Source of the DNA: Camelus ferus | Taxonomy: Eukaryota | Assembly: GCF_009834535.1 (NCBI RefSeq) | Contig: NC_045697.1 | Coordinates: forward strand, 73,162,001 to 73,226,000 | DNA length: 64,000 nucleotides | Reading direction: 5' to 3' | Shown: positions 46,901-60,939 of the stretch, piece by piece | Layout of the letters: each line of letters opens with the position of its first letter | Position numbering within the stretch: the stretch's first letter is position 1 | Notes under the pieces: model-generated | Told to the model about the DNA's origin: nothing | Seen by the model: the letters and a program-made list of their open reading frames with translations, nothing else | Database searches by the model: none | Position numbers and translations under genes: made by a program

Positions 46901-49478
46901 AATGCATTAGAAAGCATGTTTTATACAGAATCTTGTTTTCTTTCAGTGGGAGGGATTTTCAGTATTGCTAGCACTTCAGATTTCTTGAAAAGAGAGATTA
47001 TATTCTTATAAAGCTCTCTGTATAGTCTACTAAATCATATAAGTTCATATGAAAATCTCCGGAAACATTTTTAATAATAATCTCTTCAATCTATATTGTC
47101 AGAAATGAGAGAAAATAAACTTAAAACTAAATATGGTTTTAGTCAATATTTTAAAAAAATCTTCTTTAATTAAGCATTTAAAATAAGAGAGAAACAGAGA
47201 CCTCTTGTTAATTTGTCCCTTCCAATTGTGAAGATCCTAATAAGCAAATTAAATAAAATAATTAAATTAAATCTTAAAATATTTGAAAATGAGAAAGAGA
47301 GGAATGGAGTTGAAAATGAATTAGTAAATCAAATTGTTTTGTTAATTTAAAATCTGTGTAATGATATTCTGATTTATTAAATACGATATTTCTGGTATCC
47401 CAACAATAGAGAATTACTCTCCCAAATCTATAATTAAAAATATAGAACTTTCAGTGTTGTTTTTTTTTTTCCCTAGTGATAACTGGATTCACTGAATGAC
47501 TTAGCATGGAGAGTGGCATTCATCCAGGCATCCAGGATGGTGTGTGTATCTGTGTGTGCATGTGACACAGTGGTTCCTGGCCCTTCTTCTATTCACAGAT
47601 TTTAAAATATTGCTCAGGTACTATTTTGCACTAAGTGTTAATGAACATTATACCTGGCTCATGAACAGCTCATAAATATAAGCAATGGAATAAGGGATGA
47701 ACTATATTGATAATTAAAAAACAGACGGGGAGATCATGTTAGTCTTGTCTGCCCAGTAGGTGATATCCAATTTATAGAAACATTGATTTCACATTACTAA
47801 TGCTGCCTACAAATATACTAAAGTTTTTAAATGAAGAGGTTTGACAATTATCACTTATGGTGTTACTATAATGCTAATAAAATGCCCTTTTAGGGGTACA
47901 AATCCCAATAAAATCCTTGGGAATTTTAGTATCATAAACAGCAGAGAGTAATATCTTAGTTAATTGTATTATAATTATATTAATATCTTTGATGGGATAA
48001 AAAAAGCCCACAAGGAAATGGCATACATTTCACATATTAAATATGGATAAAATTATTTGTTGCTGTTATTGTACTGTATATATTATTAAAGAACTCATTA
48101 ATCAATAATGTTGATACAATTTTTAACTTTAAAACATACTTTTTCAACATCACTATGCAATGAGCAGACAGCACAGGGTAACTAAGGAATGCTGTAACTA
48201 AAGTTATTAATTATAGATGTTCTGGCTGTGTTTATAAGATACTTAAACAACAGGTGGAATCTGTGACATTATTAAAACTTGTTGCCAATCCGAAGAAAAA
48301 AGTAATTACTACAAATCACTTAGTCATAGCGATTGCCATATTGAACACCAGAGATGAGAACAAAGTTTGCTGCTCTATTCTCCAAATTAACCCATTACAG
48401 AAATCACTCTGTTGTTAAATACTGGCTGTTTTGCAAGTTAAAAAAGAAATGCAAGTATGTCATTATTTTCCAGCCATTATATTGGTAACTGCTTTGAATG
48501 CTAAGAATTTTAAATTATTCATTTTTTGCCCCAAATATACAAGCAGTTTCACTCTAACATTTTGTGGTGGTCTTTCACTGTAGTATTCTTGTTTGTTTTA
48601 ATGTTTGTTATATCCAGGCACTTCATTTCCAACTAACAATTCCTCTGCAGAAATAGCCTTAATACTTTGAGCCCATAAAGACAATTACAGATTTGAAAAA
48701 AGACAAAATTTGGGGAGGAAAATACTTTGATTTTCACACTGCTTCCTTCAGACCCTTTTCTTTCTTGCATCTGCTGTTTCTTTCAGGTCTTTACAAGCCC
48801 TGTCTTCAATTCTCTTTTTTCTTTCTGAATCTCAGACTGGTTTTACAAGTTCTTAGGAAAAAACACAATTGAGTGTAGTGTTATCACAGGGGCAACATTA
48901 TACAAACAAAGAACTGAGCAAAATCACAGGCTGCTTAATCAGCTTGTCCCAAGTCATATGACACAGATTTTTTAAAAAGAAACCTTTACCAAAGAAGCAT
49001 GTTTGGACTCTGTTTCCAAAACCTTCTGAACCATGACTTGGAGTCAGCAGAGTAGGCTGTGGCTGGGGACTCCAGCACAAGTATATGTAAGCTACATAAG
49101 TAACATGCATCCATCTCCTGGGCTGAACGCCTTAGCACAGATTTTGGTTTTTAAGTACTGGTTCTCCCCAATATCCAAGGTTAACTTTTATTGATGATTT
49201 CTCTTGGAAATAAGATTTAAAATCATGGTTTTTCACTTACGTTAGGATAGTAATTTAGACCTGTGCCCTGTATCAAACCACGTGTGTAAGAAGAGGAACC
49301 TTGTATGGATGGGAGCTAGGTTTCCATGAGTCCTTCCTAGTTAATTTGTGCAACAATGGAATAGTTAAAGCCAGCAGTAACGGCAGGCTCCACAAAGATG
49401 ATGTGTGTCCAACTGCTCCTCCAGAGATGCAGTCCAGAGGTTATGGGGACCAGAGACAACTGTCCCTTGTAAAATTGC

Positions 49479-49486
49479 TGTACACA

Positions 49487-49517
<31 letters not shown>

Positions 49518-49524
49518 GCGCGCA
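49479..49524. repeat. TGTA(CA)10(CG)10CA alternating purine-pyrimidine tract
   Basis: 46 bp of perfect pyrimidine-purine alternation, read directly. Confidence 0.97.
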
Positions 49525-51350
49525 GGAGTATAGCAAGTAGCGCGGCTGTTACTCAGTGAGGATCTCTACTTGGACCCTGCGAAGCGCTGACTGCTTTCCG
49601 CGGTGAGGAGCATCCCGCCGTCCGGGGGACAGCCGGAATTGCTTAGCTTCTCAGGAGGCCTTAGTCTCCACTGGAGGAAATATACATTCACCCTCCTAAG
49701 CTTCAGCCTGAGGCTGTGCGAATGTCTGCCCTCGATAGCTCAAAAGTTCCCCTAATCCACTGGGATCTCACGGCGCACGGGATATTTAAATCTCAGTACA
49801 AGAAGGGTTTGTGAAGGGGTGCATAGCATTGAAAATGGGAAATATGGCCGTGGCTTTGAGTGGATACAGAAAAGAGTAGCTAAGCCATTTATTTGGTTTA
49901 AAATTGTTAAAATTCCTGTCAGAAGAATAAAGTGGTTAGTACAAATCCTTCCTTTCATGGTGCGGACTAGAACAGAGCACGCTGCCTTTGTCGCTGGAAA
50001 ATGTTAAAATGACAACATTTAGAAAGGCTTCAGAAAACAGATTGACTTGTTTAAATTCTTACAAGAAGAAATGTCCAAAGAAGTGGGGAAAAAAATTGGA
50101 AGGGGGCAAGAGGGTGAATTAGAAAGACAAAGAGAGAGAGAGAGAGAATATCATAGATTACGTGGAATGCTTAGAAAATTAAAACAAACCGGTATTCTAA
50201 AATAGAGAAAAAAGACAGGAGACCTTTAAAAATTTCCATTTATTAAATGACCAAATGAACTCCATTTTGAGAAAAGGAAGGAAAAAAAAATTGTAAATTT
50301 AGACTTAGGAGTGCAAAAGAAACTGGGGTATTAATATGTAAATCCTCTTAAATAATATACAGTTTATTTAAACTTTGCAAGGTAAACATGTATCTGTTTG
50401 ATATGGGAGATGTTTCTGAGGTTTTCATATATGTGATTGTACTGGTGCTCTTGTTTGAGGGATCAGAGGTAATTTTTTCACATTGTTTGGTTTTATTTAT
50501 TATTTTTTTTAATGTGATGATTGACGACACCACCTGTTCACCCAAAGCACCAACTTTTTTTCCCATTAATTCTAGGAAATGCTGTTCCATGGCTTGCAAG
50601 CAGTTCATTGGTTATTTCCTAAAGAGTTCCATACAAACAGAGGGGTTATTTATTATGTGCTTGCTATGTCTCAGATACCATTTGAAGTGCATTAAAAATA
50701 TTAACATGTTTTATTTTCATAGCAATCCTGTGCCATAGCTAGTGGAATTGTATGAGACACAGGTTGACTAACTCACCTGTCCAAATCACCCAGCTAGGGG
50801 CAAGCGTAAAACTTCCAAGCCCATGGCTCTGAAATCCAGGGATCGTAAACCACCACAGTAGATCAACTAGAGAGAACAATGAAAGAGAACCAGTATTTTC
50901 TTTTTCCATTCTTATTTCAGTTTTATCTGAACTTGAAAGCAATTATAAACATATAAAGCAAAAAAAAAAAAAAAATTGGATGTCATAGCTAGTAATGCCT
51001 GACAAATAATCAAGCAGTTGACTTTATAATGATTATTCAAGTTTGAATGACCTAAATTTTACATAAACACTCCAAAACAAGCATGATTTAGGTGACCACT
51101 GAATTATTTAAAACTAGGGCTGCTACGTTCACAGATTGTAAATGGCCAGAGAGCCCCCAGCTTTATTCCATGAAAGGTTATCTGAAGGGATTATATTCAT
51201 TTTCTGTTACTGGTTTCATTGTATTTTGATGTATTAAAGAGATAGGTTTAACTAAGACCAGTTAATTTCTAACTTGGCCCTAGTATTAATTCACTCCTCC
51301 CACATCTTCAATCCCCAAAGAAAAAGCGTCATTAAAAAAAAATGTATATA

Positions 51351-51592
51351 CAGTTGACCCCTGAAGAACTCAGGGTTTGAGAGTGCCACCCCTCAAACAA
51401 TTGAAAATCCATGTGTAACTTATAGTTGGCCCTCCATGTACTCGGCTCCTCCAAAGTTCCTCCACATCTGCAGTGCTGCATTTCCAGGTACAGCCAACCG
51501 CACATCATGGAGTGCTGTGATATTTACTATTGAAAAAATCCACATGTAAGTGGACCCATGCAGTTCAACTTGTGTTGTTAAAGGGTCAACTG
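51351..51592. mobile_element. Tigger2/MER8-like TcMar MITE
   Basis: TIRs CAGTTGACCC...GGGTCAACTG, a TA on the left, 242 bp long. Confidence 0.9.
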
Positions 51593-52959
51593 AAAGTTAT
51601 ACATATATATATAACCATTAAAATATCTTATGTCAGTCTAACCCTAAAGATACCAGGAAGCTGAGAAAACAAAGGAAATTAAATATAGAGAAAAGAGAGC
51701 ATTCTACAAAATTTTTCAAACCACTCAGATGGGGATGAAATAAAAGGCCCTTTGAGGAAGAAGGCTGGGAATGCTTTCCCTCTCATTTCAAGACCTACCA
51801 TTATGTAAGCTATTCCTCTTAGGTCCTGATGTCTAATCCTTTAATCATCTTCAAGACCCTCTTATTTGTATTCCAAAATATGCCTTAATTTTTGCATTTT
51901 GAAGCCATGTTGCTTTCTTGTCAGAGCCTCTTTTGATTTCCTATTCAAACTCTGTTTTAAAAATCTATTTTTTGGGTAAAAAAGCTTTCTAATAACTTTT
52001 TACATCTTTTTATTCTGAAGTTTTATTACAACCCATGTTTTATATGTATTTCACTAAAATACATTAAATGTTTTCTTGTAGTTTGTTTAGTCTTAGCTTT
52101 TTAATATATTGATCACTTATATTCTGTAACACATGCTTGAAAAGGTCACCATGTATTTGTGATACATTTCAATAAAAACTATCAAAAATTAATAAAAATT
52201 TTAAAAATCAATAAAAATAACTCTCACACATACACATACACAGACATTATATAGCTAATTTATTCTGAAATTTAGTGACTGTCAAAGCATTTGCTAAGTT
52301 TTTTCACATATTTTTAGTACTGTTGTTTTATTAAGTTAGTATGTAAAGTTTCGTCTAATACAAAATACAATAATCTGTTTTCCTTTACCAATTTAACAAA
52401 TCTCTATTGCGAGCCTGCTGTGTGACATGCATTGATTTAGGCTCTGAAAATAGAGTTGGAAACAAAATGAATTTTAGCTTGGGTAAACTGGTAGTCAATT
52501 AGGAAAAACAAGTGAAGCTGGATCCTTACTTCAGTTCTCAGCTCCACCCCCATTTTCAAATTGGAACTGGTCAGAAATTTAAATGTAAAAAATAAAAGGA
52601 TGAAGGTGCTAAAAGAAAGGACATTTGTTTTAAAAATATAATGTCTGAGAGGAAACATTGTTTCAGTAAGAACCAAAAAGATTAATAAATTGTATATGTG
52701 TACACATATATACATACATATACATATATATGCACTAACTTTTATGACAAAAAAGACTTATGTATGTATACCCATGTTTTAGGGGAAAATAATTTGGTGC
52801 AGATATGGTAGATGCAATTATAATGGCTATAATATTCAGAGATATCTTAAAATTATCTAAGAAAAAATTTCAATTTAGAATGAGCATAGCATATGAGCAA
52901 GAGATACAAAGAAATACACAAAACAAAGATACATTTTAAATTGTGTATTGAAAACAGGC

Positions 52960-54295
52960 AAAAGGAAACAACAAAAAACTAGCAAACCAAATACACAACA
53001 TATAAAAAGGATTATATAGCATGATCAATTGAGATTTATCCCAGGATTTCCAGGTTGCAAATCAATTATTATAATATACCTTATCCACAGAATAAAAGAT
53101 ATCATAATACATCATCATTTCAATAGATACAAAATAGCATTTAAAAATATAACATCCTGTTTTATTAAAAATATTCAACACAGTAGGGCTAGAAGGGAAC
53201 CTCCTCAATCTAATAAATGGCATCTAATAAAAAAGCAAAAATAAAACAAAACAAAAAAACAGCTATCACACTTAAGAATGAAAGACTGAATATTATTCCC
53301 TTAAAATCAGGAGTAAGGCAAGAATGTCCATTCTACCCACTTCTATTCAACACTGAAGGTTCCAGGAAGGTTCAGATAGAAAGAAAGAGAGAAAGACAAG
53401 AAGAAAGGAAAGAGGGAAGGAAGGAAGGATGGAAGGAAGGAGAAAAGAGAGAAGGTATTCAGATTGGAAAGGAAATAGTAAAACTATCTATATTTTAGAT
53501 AACATGATTTTATACAACAAAGAAAACTCTAAGGGATTCACACACACACAAAAAATTAGGAATTAGAATGAATAAACAAGCGCAGCAATATTTCAGGGTA
53601 TCAGATCAGTATATAAAAATCAAATGTATTTCCATACACCAGGAATTGATAGCCTCAAAATGAAATTCAGGAAACAATTTCACTTACAACAGCATAAAAA
53701 TAATAAAACTTAGTAATAAGTTTAACAAAAGAAATGCAAAACTTGTACTCTGAAACTATAAAATATTATTGAAAAGAATTAAAGAAGATGTAAATAAATG
53801 GAAAGTTATCCCATGTTCATGAGTTGGAAGACTTACAGCTTTTTAGGTGGTAATATTCCCTAAACTTAGCTACAGATCAAATGCAATCACTTTCAAATTC
53901 CCAGATGGGTTTTTGCAGAAATTGACAAGCTGATTGTAAAATTCATATGGCTGTGTAGTGACAGCAAAGATCTTTAAAAAGTTGAAGGAGGCACACTTCT
54001 CAATTTCAAAACTCAACACAAAGCTAAAGTAAGCAAGACAGTGTAGTATTAGCATAAGGACATACGATTCAGTGGAATAGAATTGAGTTTAGAGTTATAG
54101 AAATAAACCGTTACATTTAAGGTCAAATGATTTTTAACAAGAGTTCCAAGACAATTCAATGGGGAAAGAATAGTCTTTTCAACAAATGGTACTGGGAAAA
54201 ACAGATAGCCACATGTGAAAGAATTAATTTAGACCCTTTCATTACACCCTACACAAAAAGTAACTCAAAAATGGATCACAGGTCTAAATATAAGT
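52960..54295 (+). mobile_element. Old L1 ORF2 (RT) relic
   Basis: PLKSGVRQECPFYPLLFN...GIQIGKEIVKLSIF in ORF 53217-53498, with downstream ORF2 DNA and an inserted (GAAG)n tract. Confidence 0.85.
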
Positions 54296-55179
54296 TCCCT
54301 GAATAGAATGGATTTTTCTGTTTTTACCACTGCAGTAAATCCAATTTGGCTGGCACCACATGAAATTATGAAATAAACAATTACAAGTCTAATGGAAGGA
54401 CGATTTACTCTCAAGTGAAAATTAACTTGCACAGTAGCAGTATGTAGAGTATGCTGTATCTAGATAAGCAAGTGTATGTATAGGTGGAATATTTCTGAAA
54501 CAATACACAAGGAAATATTATGACCATTTACCACTTGTAAGTATGGCTACAAGTAAGTTAATTAGAAGACTATTTGAATTATAGTGACAAAAATCTAAGC
54601 CAAATGGTTAAATGAAAGGAGTGTCACTCCCATTAATGTATAAATCTGTCAGTAGAAAAGGCAAATGCGGTGTTGGTCTGGGGATGTTTGAAATCAGAGA
54701 GATTCAAATGAACCCAGAATTTCTTCTGTCTGTCTTTTTAAAAAATCTGAAATTTTCTTGTATATTAACATAATTATATCAAATCAACTTTATCCACCAG
54801 GTAGTGTAAAATTGTCATCTAAAGGTCTGGGTTTACTCCCTCATGAATTTATGGCCACTGGCTAAAGTGATACAAATGTAAAGTTTAGGACCATGTGCTC
54901 AGCCCCTAGAATAGTCATTTGACCAAAGAATTTAAAGTTCTATGTTTGCTTTTGTTTGCGTGATATGCCCACAGATATGACCATGGAGGAGAGGTCTGCT
55001 ACCAGAAGATAAAGAATGTTGAGAAGATAAAAATAATACATGTAATCTAAAGATAGCTGATAGAGAAAAAAAAATAAGCCTTTTTGTACTATTTTGGAGT
55101 TTTCCATATGCCCATATTCTATCTTAATTAAAAAAATATAGAACAGCATATATAAATATTTGCCAGGCTAAATTAGCAG

Positions 55180-56690
55180 GATATAGACCGAACTCCTTGT
55201 TACTCTTGCTTATGTTCAATTCAATATGACATGGCAAATAAGTGACCTCCTTGGGTATTTCTACCAGGAGCATATTCACTGGTCACACAATGGGATGACA
55301 CCACACCTTGTCTCCCAATGCCCACTCCCCTATACTTCCTTATCATGCAAATTGAGGAAGCTTATCTACATGGCCCTCCACAGTAAGTCCAAATGCATTT
55401 CCTATTTGTATTGTGTCATATGAACTAAAAAGACAAGTGATGTGTTCTTCCAAACACATTCAGAAGAAAAAAAGTAGAACACAGACACGACCATGATAAA
55501 ACTGCATCAGGAAACAAGATGGCAGACATACAGCAAACACTGTGAAGGCTCTGACCCCGGCAGTAGGCAAGATGTCTTATTAATCCATAATTCTGCTCTC
55601 TAGGTACACTTTTGTCCGTAGTTTTCCTAAGCTCCTAGATTCTCTTCTGGAAAGTTTTTTTCCCTTTCCATTATCTTACTTGACTTTTTCCAGAAGTGAG
55701 AGTTTGGAGGATAGACAATTTTCTAATTTCAGCTTGAAAAGATTATATCTTTAAGTTTGAAAAACTCAAATTCATTTTCTTCAGACATTTGGTTTTGGAA
55801 CTATTTTTCTTCCAGTCAGTTCAATGTGTCAATATCCATACCCCAAGTTGATTTCAAGACATCTGTTTCAGATCTGCTTTCTTTGCTTCCTTTTACTTTC
55901 TCATCCTCCTATCCCCCACCTCCTTAATGATGGCTGCCTGGAGGTTATCAGGCTTGAAATACAAGACTACACCCTTGAAAGGAAAGATTGGATCCTTGTT
56001 CTGCATCTGCTGAGAAAGCCGATTGAACCTTTATTGATTAAATGCTCTTTTATCCCATTAAAAAAATACTTTCCAGTTGGTCAAGCTTCTGAGTTTGAAT
56101 GACTCTCTGCTTCTTTCTTTGTCTGCTTACAACTTGTAATTCTTTCTTAATGATGTTCCTTTATTTTTAATACTTTGCCAAGCTCAGCAAATAGTAGTCA
56201 ACACTTAAAGCAGTCTGCTATCCACATTTCATCAGACAGCTGTTTTATTGTTGGACCTGGGTGTAATATGGACCACTAGTTTTTCAGCTTCTAATTGGTT
56301 TCTCCTCTGCCATGCCAATTGCTACATCAATGCCATGCACTTAAAAAAAAAAAAAAGAAATAGGGCAGACTTTAAGTTAGCAAGGATAGGATAGGCTGCA
56401 CTGCAAGAACAAATAAACTGTAAAATTTTGGTAGCTTAAAATAAAAAAGATCTTTTTTCTCTTTTTTACATCATGATCTAATGTGAGTCTTTATGTGAGT
56501 CCATCTTAGGGTTATGCAGTCTGGAGTATGACGGCTCTGAAGTCACCACAGCAGAGAAAGAGTGAGATGAATGAGGTACGTGGGCTTTTCACTTCCTCCA
56601 TGTACAAGTGACTTTCTTGTTAAATCCATCTATTAGTCACTTTTGTTCACTTTTCCTTTGCCACAACTAGTCAAGTGGCCCTTATAAAGA
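55180..56690 (-). mobile_element. MaLR (MLT1-type) internal relic plus LTR
   Basis: The LTR-like part 56370-56690 (aggataggataggctgcactgcaagaacaaataaac...tagcttaaaa...ttgccacaactagtcaagtggcc) resembles old MLT1 LTRs. Assignment of the adjacent internal part is tentative. Confidence 0.45.
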
Positions 56691-57079
56691 CATATAAGGG
56701 TATTTAATGATTACAAATAATTTTTTCATGTCTCTAATAATAATAAATTTTCTAGAAAAGTTTTTCTCTGTTTCTTCCCAAGCATTTCTATATTCTTATT
56801 ATTTTTTTTAATCTTATGGAATGATTTCTATTCTCAGTGTTCCAGTAAAACAGCATTCCCTGTCTAATCATAACCTCATAATCAGTGGCTTCTTTTACAT
56901 TAGTGCTAGGAACACAAAAATCAAATAAGAAATTGCTACTGACTTCTTCTTCTGCACCATCTGCAGTTTCTCTAGAGAGAGCAGTGATGCCTGAAATCTT
57001 GACTCTTTTTATTTCATTCCTATCCATCTGTGTGTTGCTCTCAGTAAATCTTCAAGGAGTCCTCTGTAATGTAAGGGAA

Positions 57080-57290
57080 GACCATGAGACTGGACCTGAG
57101 AAGTATCCTAAACGTGTAGCCCACTAGATCTGTTAACACTGGACAAGTCACTCGATTTCTCTAAGTCTTAAAGAGCTCTTACCTTAAATGAGAATAATTA
57201 ATTCAGTAAAAGGGTTATTGTGGATTTAAGAAAAATAATGTATATAAAATGTGCTACATATTCTGTAAAACACTGTATGAAATTAGACAA
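57080..57290 (+). mobile_element. MIR SINE
   Basis: ccactagatctgttaacactggacaagtcactcgatttctctaagtct...gggttattgtggatttaag...aatgtatataaaatg. Confidence 0.65.
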
Positions 57291-57399
57291 TTTAAAAAAT
57301 AAAAATAGCATTAACTAGGTATAGTTTAGTTGACCAATTAAAGACAATAGTAAAGATCATTGCCTGCTTACCCAAGGCTTTGCCATGCTGATCTGTATA

Positions 57400-57699
57400 A
57401 CACATTTATTGAACTAAAATGTACGTATCATATACTAACCCTCTTTTAAGAGTACGATTCAGTTGTTTTGTTGTCAGTATATTCACAGAGTTGTACGACC
57501 ATCACCGCTATCTAGTTTTAGAACATTTTCATCTTCCCCAGAAGAAGTCCCATACTCATTAACAGGCATTTCCCATTCCCCGCTGGCAACTACTAATCTA
57601 CTTTCTGTTGGTGTGGATTTGCCTATTCTGGACATTTCATATAAATGGGACCATACCGTATGTGTTCTTTTGTGACTTGCTTCTTTCACTTAGCATTAT
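57400..57699 (-). mobile_element. L1MB-like 3' end
   Basis: tattcacagagttgtacgaccatcacc...ttttagaacattttcatc...gcaactactaatctactttctg...ttgcctattctggacatttcatataaatgg. Confidence 0.85.
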
Positions 57700-58202
57700 T
57701 GTTAAGAACCTGTCAAATTCACAACTGTGAAAATGGAGTGCGGGGTGCCTGATGGCTGAGGGAGCAGGGGTTCAACCCCCAACCACAGGAGGAACTGAGA
57801 TGGAGAAGTTTGCTACTTACAGGGCCTGGAGGGAGTCCCCGGCATGGGTCCACGGAGGGGCCAGGGCAGAGTGCAGGCAGGGAGAACAGGGCCGGGCACA
57901 TGCTTTTACTAAACTCCGTAGGTGGAGTACTTTGGGGTTCTTGGGCTAAGGTCAAATTGGTCAGTTCAAAACAAAAGAGTTCCACAGAGGTCTTACCTAA
58001 AAGGCAAATAAGGGGACGGCCCTAGAGGTAGGGGAGACTTGATCACCAGGAACGCTGGGGGAGTTCTAACAGGAACTTCCCGTTGCCTGTGGCCCTGTGG
58101 GCTACTAGCTAGGGCTTGCTTGTGGGGCTAGCGTCAGTTTAAGGTCTCCACAGGCCGCCCAAGACACCAGCACCATGGAGGAGCTTAGCTGAACTCTCAA
58201 CT
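57700..58202 (-). mobile_element. ERVL solo LTR related to the LTRs at 8195 and 10219-10766
   Basis: Shares gcagagtgcaggcag, tggggttc.tg.gct.agg and the terminal agctgaactctcaac with the provirus LTR. Confidence 0.75.
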
Positions 58203-60939
58203 GTTAGGTTTTCACTCCCCATCTCTGGTGAAGCATGTCCGAATAACTGCTGGAGGAAAGTGCCAGACATTGGAGCAGACCAATCTGTATGTTAGACACA
58301 CACAATTTCTCTTTGGGCTACCTAGCTTGTTCTGTGCCTTTAAAATCATCCCACTTCTCAAGTTTCTTCCATAATACCTTAGCTTCTTAAATCGTTGTTT
58401 GTGTGGAATTGGGAATGAGCCAACTGCTAATTGCTGTATAATCACCAGCAGGATAGAATGCAGCTAACACATTCTGACATCTCTCAGCCTGGGCTTAAAG
58501 AGAAAAAACTTCAATTTCTGTTCCTCATCCCAAGATGTATAATTTTCATGTACATTTGAAGTTATTTGTTACAACTTTAGGAGTCATGAGGAGGAAACAA
58601 ATATTTTTTCATTTTGTAAATCAAGGAAATGAAATAGCAAATAGTTATACAAATGGGAGGTTGAGACTTTATAAAAAGCCTGAATATTTAAAATTTGATT
58701 TCCTAATGCTTAAAGATAAAATAAAAACTGTCTTATTTTTCTCTGACATCTGGCTAACACTGTCTATAAACCTGCTTATAAAGCAGATGAATTTTCCTTG
58801 GCTGATTCCATTTGATTTATTACCAAAAGCCCAGAGATAGTACTTGTGGAGCTCAGGCTAAAAAAAAAAAATGTTGCCTATTTTCTATGGAATTCTGATC
58901 CTTTACAATGAATTGATTCTTCATTCAAAGAATATTTGGAAATTCTTTATTTCTCTCCTTTTTTCTTGTGACAATCGTTATTTAACTTTTGCCATCCTCT
59001 TATGTGACTTCCTGCTTTTGTTAATTTAGTGTGCAATATACAATACATTTGAATATACCATATGTCTCAAGGATTTTAAAATGTGAAATACTATTTATTA
59101 GGATTTAATCTTATGTGACAGTAAGCCAAGAAAAATTTTATTTTAATAAAACGTCGCAAATGTAGTTTGAAAGCTTTGATAGACACAAAAATAGAGGGAA
59201 GTGTACTATTTGTCGTGATGATGCTTTTGTGTATTTGGATAGATACCCCCAAAAAGTCCATAACCTACGAGATCAATTTCAGATAAAATCAAATGCACAC
59301 ACCAGGCAAGGATAGCATCAAATCCTTTTCTTTTTGTAATTATCCAAAACCTGGTTTAGCTCACAGAAAGGCCAGATCCAAATTTGAACTAGATATAACC
59401 TTTTCAGAGAGTTGGAGAGATTCCCCCCCCTTCACTATACACGGGTACAGTCATGCATCTTTGTTTCGGTAAGAGGTACAACTGGGAATAATTTGAAACA
59501 CCATGAGTAAGGCAGTTTCTGAGATATTTATAACTTAAACCCAAACCTGGAAGTACTAAAACTCCTGTGGGAAAAAAGTCTGATCTTTTACAATTTCCTC
59601 CAAAATGAAATACAGAATTATTTCAATTTAAAGCATTTTTTGGAAGGGGAACTATGTTTTTTCCCTAACTGTAAGTGTAACTTTCATATTTCAATGCCTA
59701 AAATAATCAATTGCTGATAAAAGACCTTGCTGACTAAGCATTTTCCTATTTAATGTAAGTTCTCAAAGTTCAGCATTCAGTACCTGTAATGTCAGTTGAC
59801 TGTAATGAGGTTAACAAAAGGCCTGTTTGAATGGAACTATCTGAATTCACTACAAAATGAACTCACTATTTCTTCTATCAAATGAATGCCAAAGAGAAGC
59901 AGATAGCATTCAAAGAATAACACATCAATAATAAATGCCTTAGAGAATTTGTAGGATCTTGTTTCATTAAGTTAGATTTGGAGGGATTTGTTTGTTTGTA
60001 ACCACTAGTAAATACAGCAGCTAGAATATGGGCTGAATCAGTCATTTTAGCACGTCAAGAGCTCAGTTTTGTGCTGTTGTTCCCTAATTATTTCATGAAG
60101 CACTGCAGAATATCTATTCAACGTATATTCATTAAAAGTTACTAAGTTTAAGCACTCTGAAAAGATATTTTTGAGAACACAGTGAAGAGTAAGGCATGAG
60201 ACCCTCTCTGGCAGGCAAGGTAAAGCAATATGATAAACCCATACACCCAAACATAACTAGAACTGACAAAATAATTCAAAGTGAAGAAATTCCTTCTGGC
60301 TGGATAGTCGACTTTACAGAAGACTTCTGAAAGTAGTAAAATATTGACCAAGGCTTTAAATTTCTGTGGCTTCTATTTCTATGAATGGAACTGACACCAA
60401 AAAAAAAAAAAAGTGTTTTTAAGGAAAAGATACAGCACTGAGATATGAAAATACAAAATATGGGTTAAAAAGTGGCATAGTAGTCCATTAAAAGGAAATA
60501 GCTTTAAAGACCATTGGGTAATTTTGAATAGTGCCATTAATGCTTCCTGACAATGGTTCAGGGCAATTAATTTTTTTTAATATATGAAGAATTGCAATCT
60601 AAGAGAAACTACTAAATTAGAATAATTCTTAGATGCCAGATGCCATCTACATCTTTTATATCTAGTAGGTCTTATTTATACTTATAACAAATCTAAACTT
60701 ACAGATCTGACCCCTCTCCACATGGCATCTCAGTGTCTTCTACTTTGTAGGTCTTCAACAAACATTTATTGGGAATTAATGAGTAGGTAAATAAATGACA
60801 ATAGTGAATAAATGTACTTGAAGTGGACGGTAGTTAAGGACTGTGTTTCAGGATAAGGGGGCAGAAAGAAAAGTAATACGTAAAGTGTGCACTTTGTGTT
60901 ATTGGAGAGTTCTTTTGTTGACAAGGAAAACATCTAACT

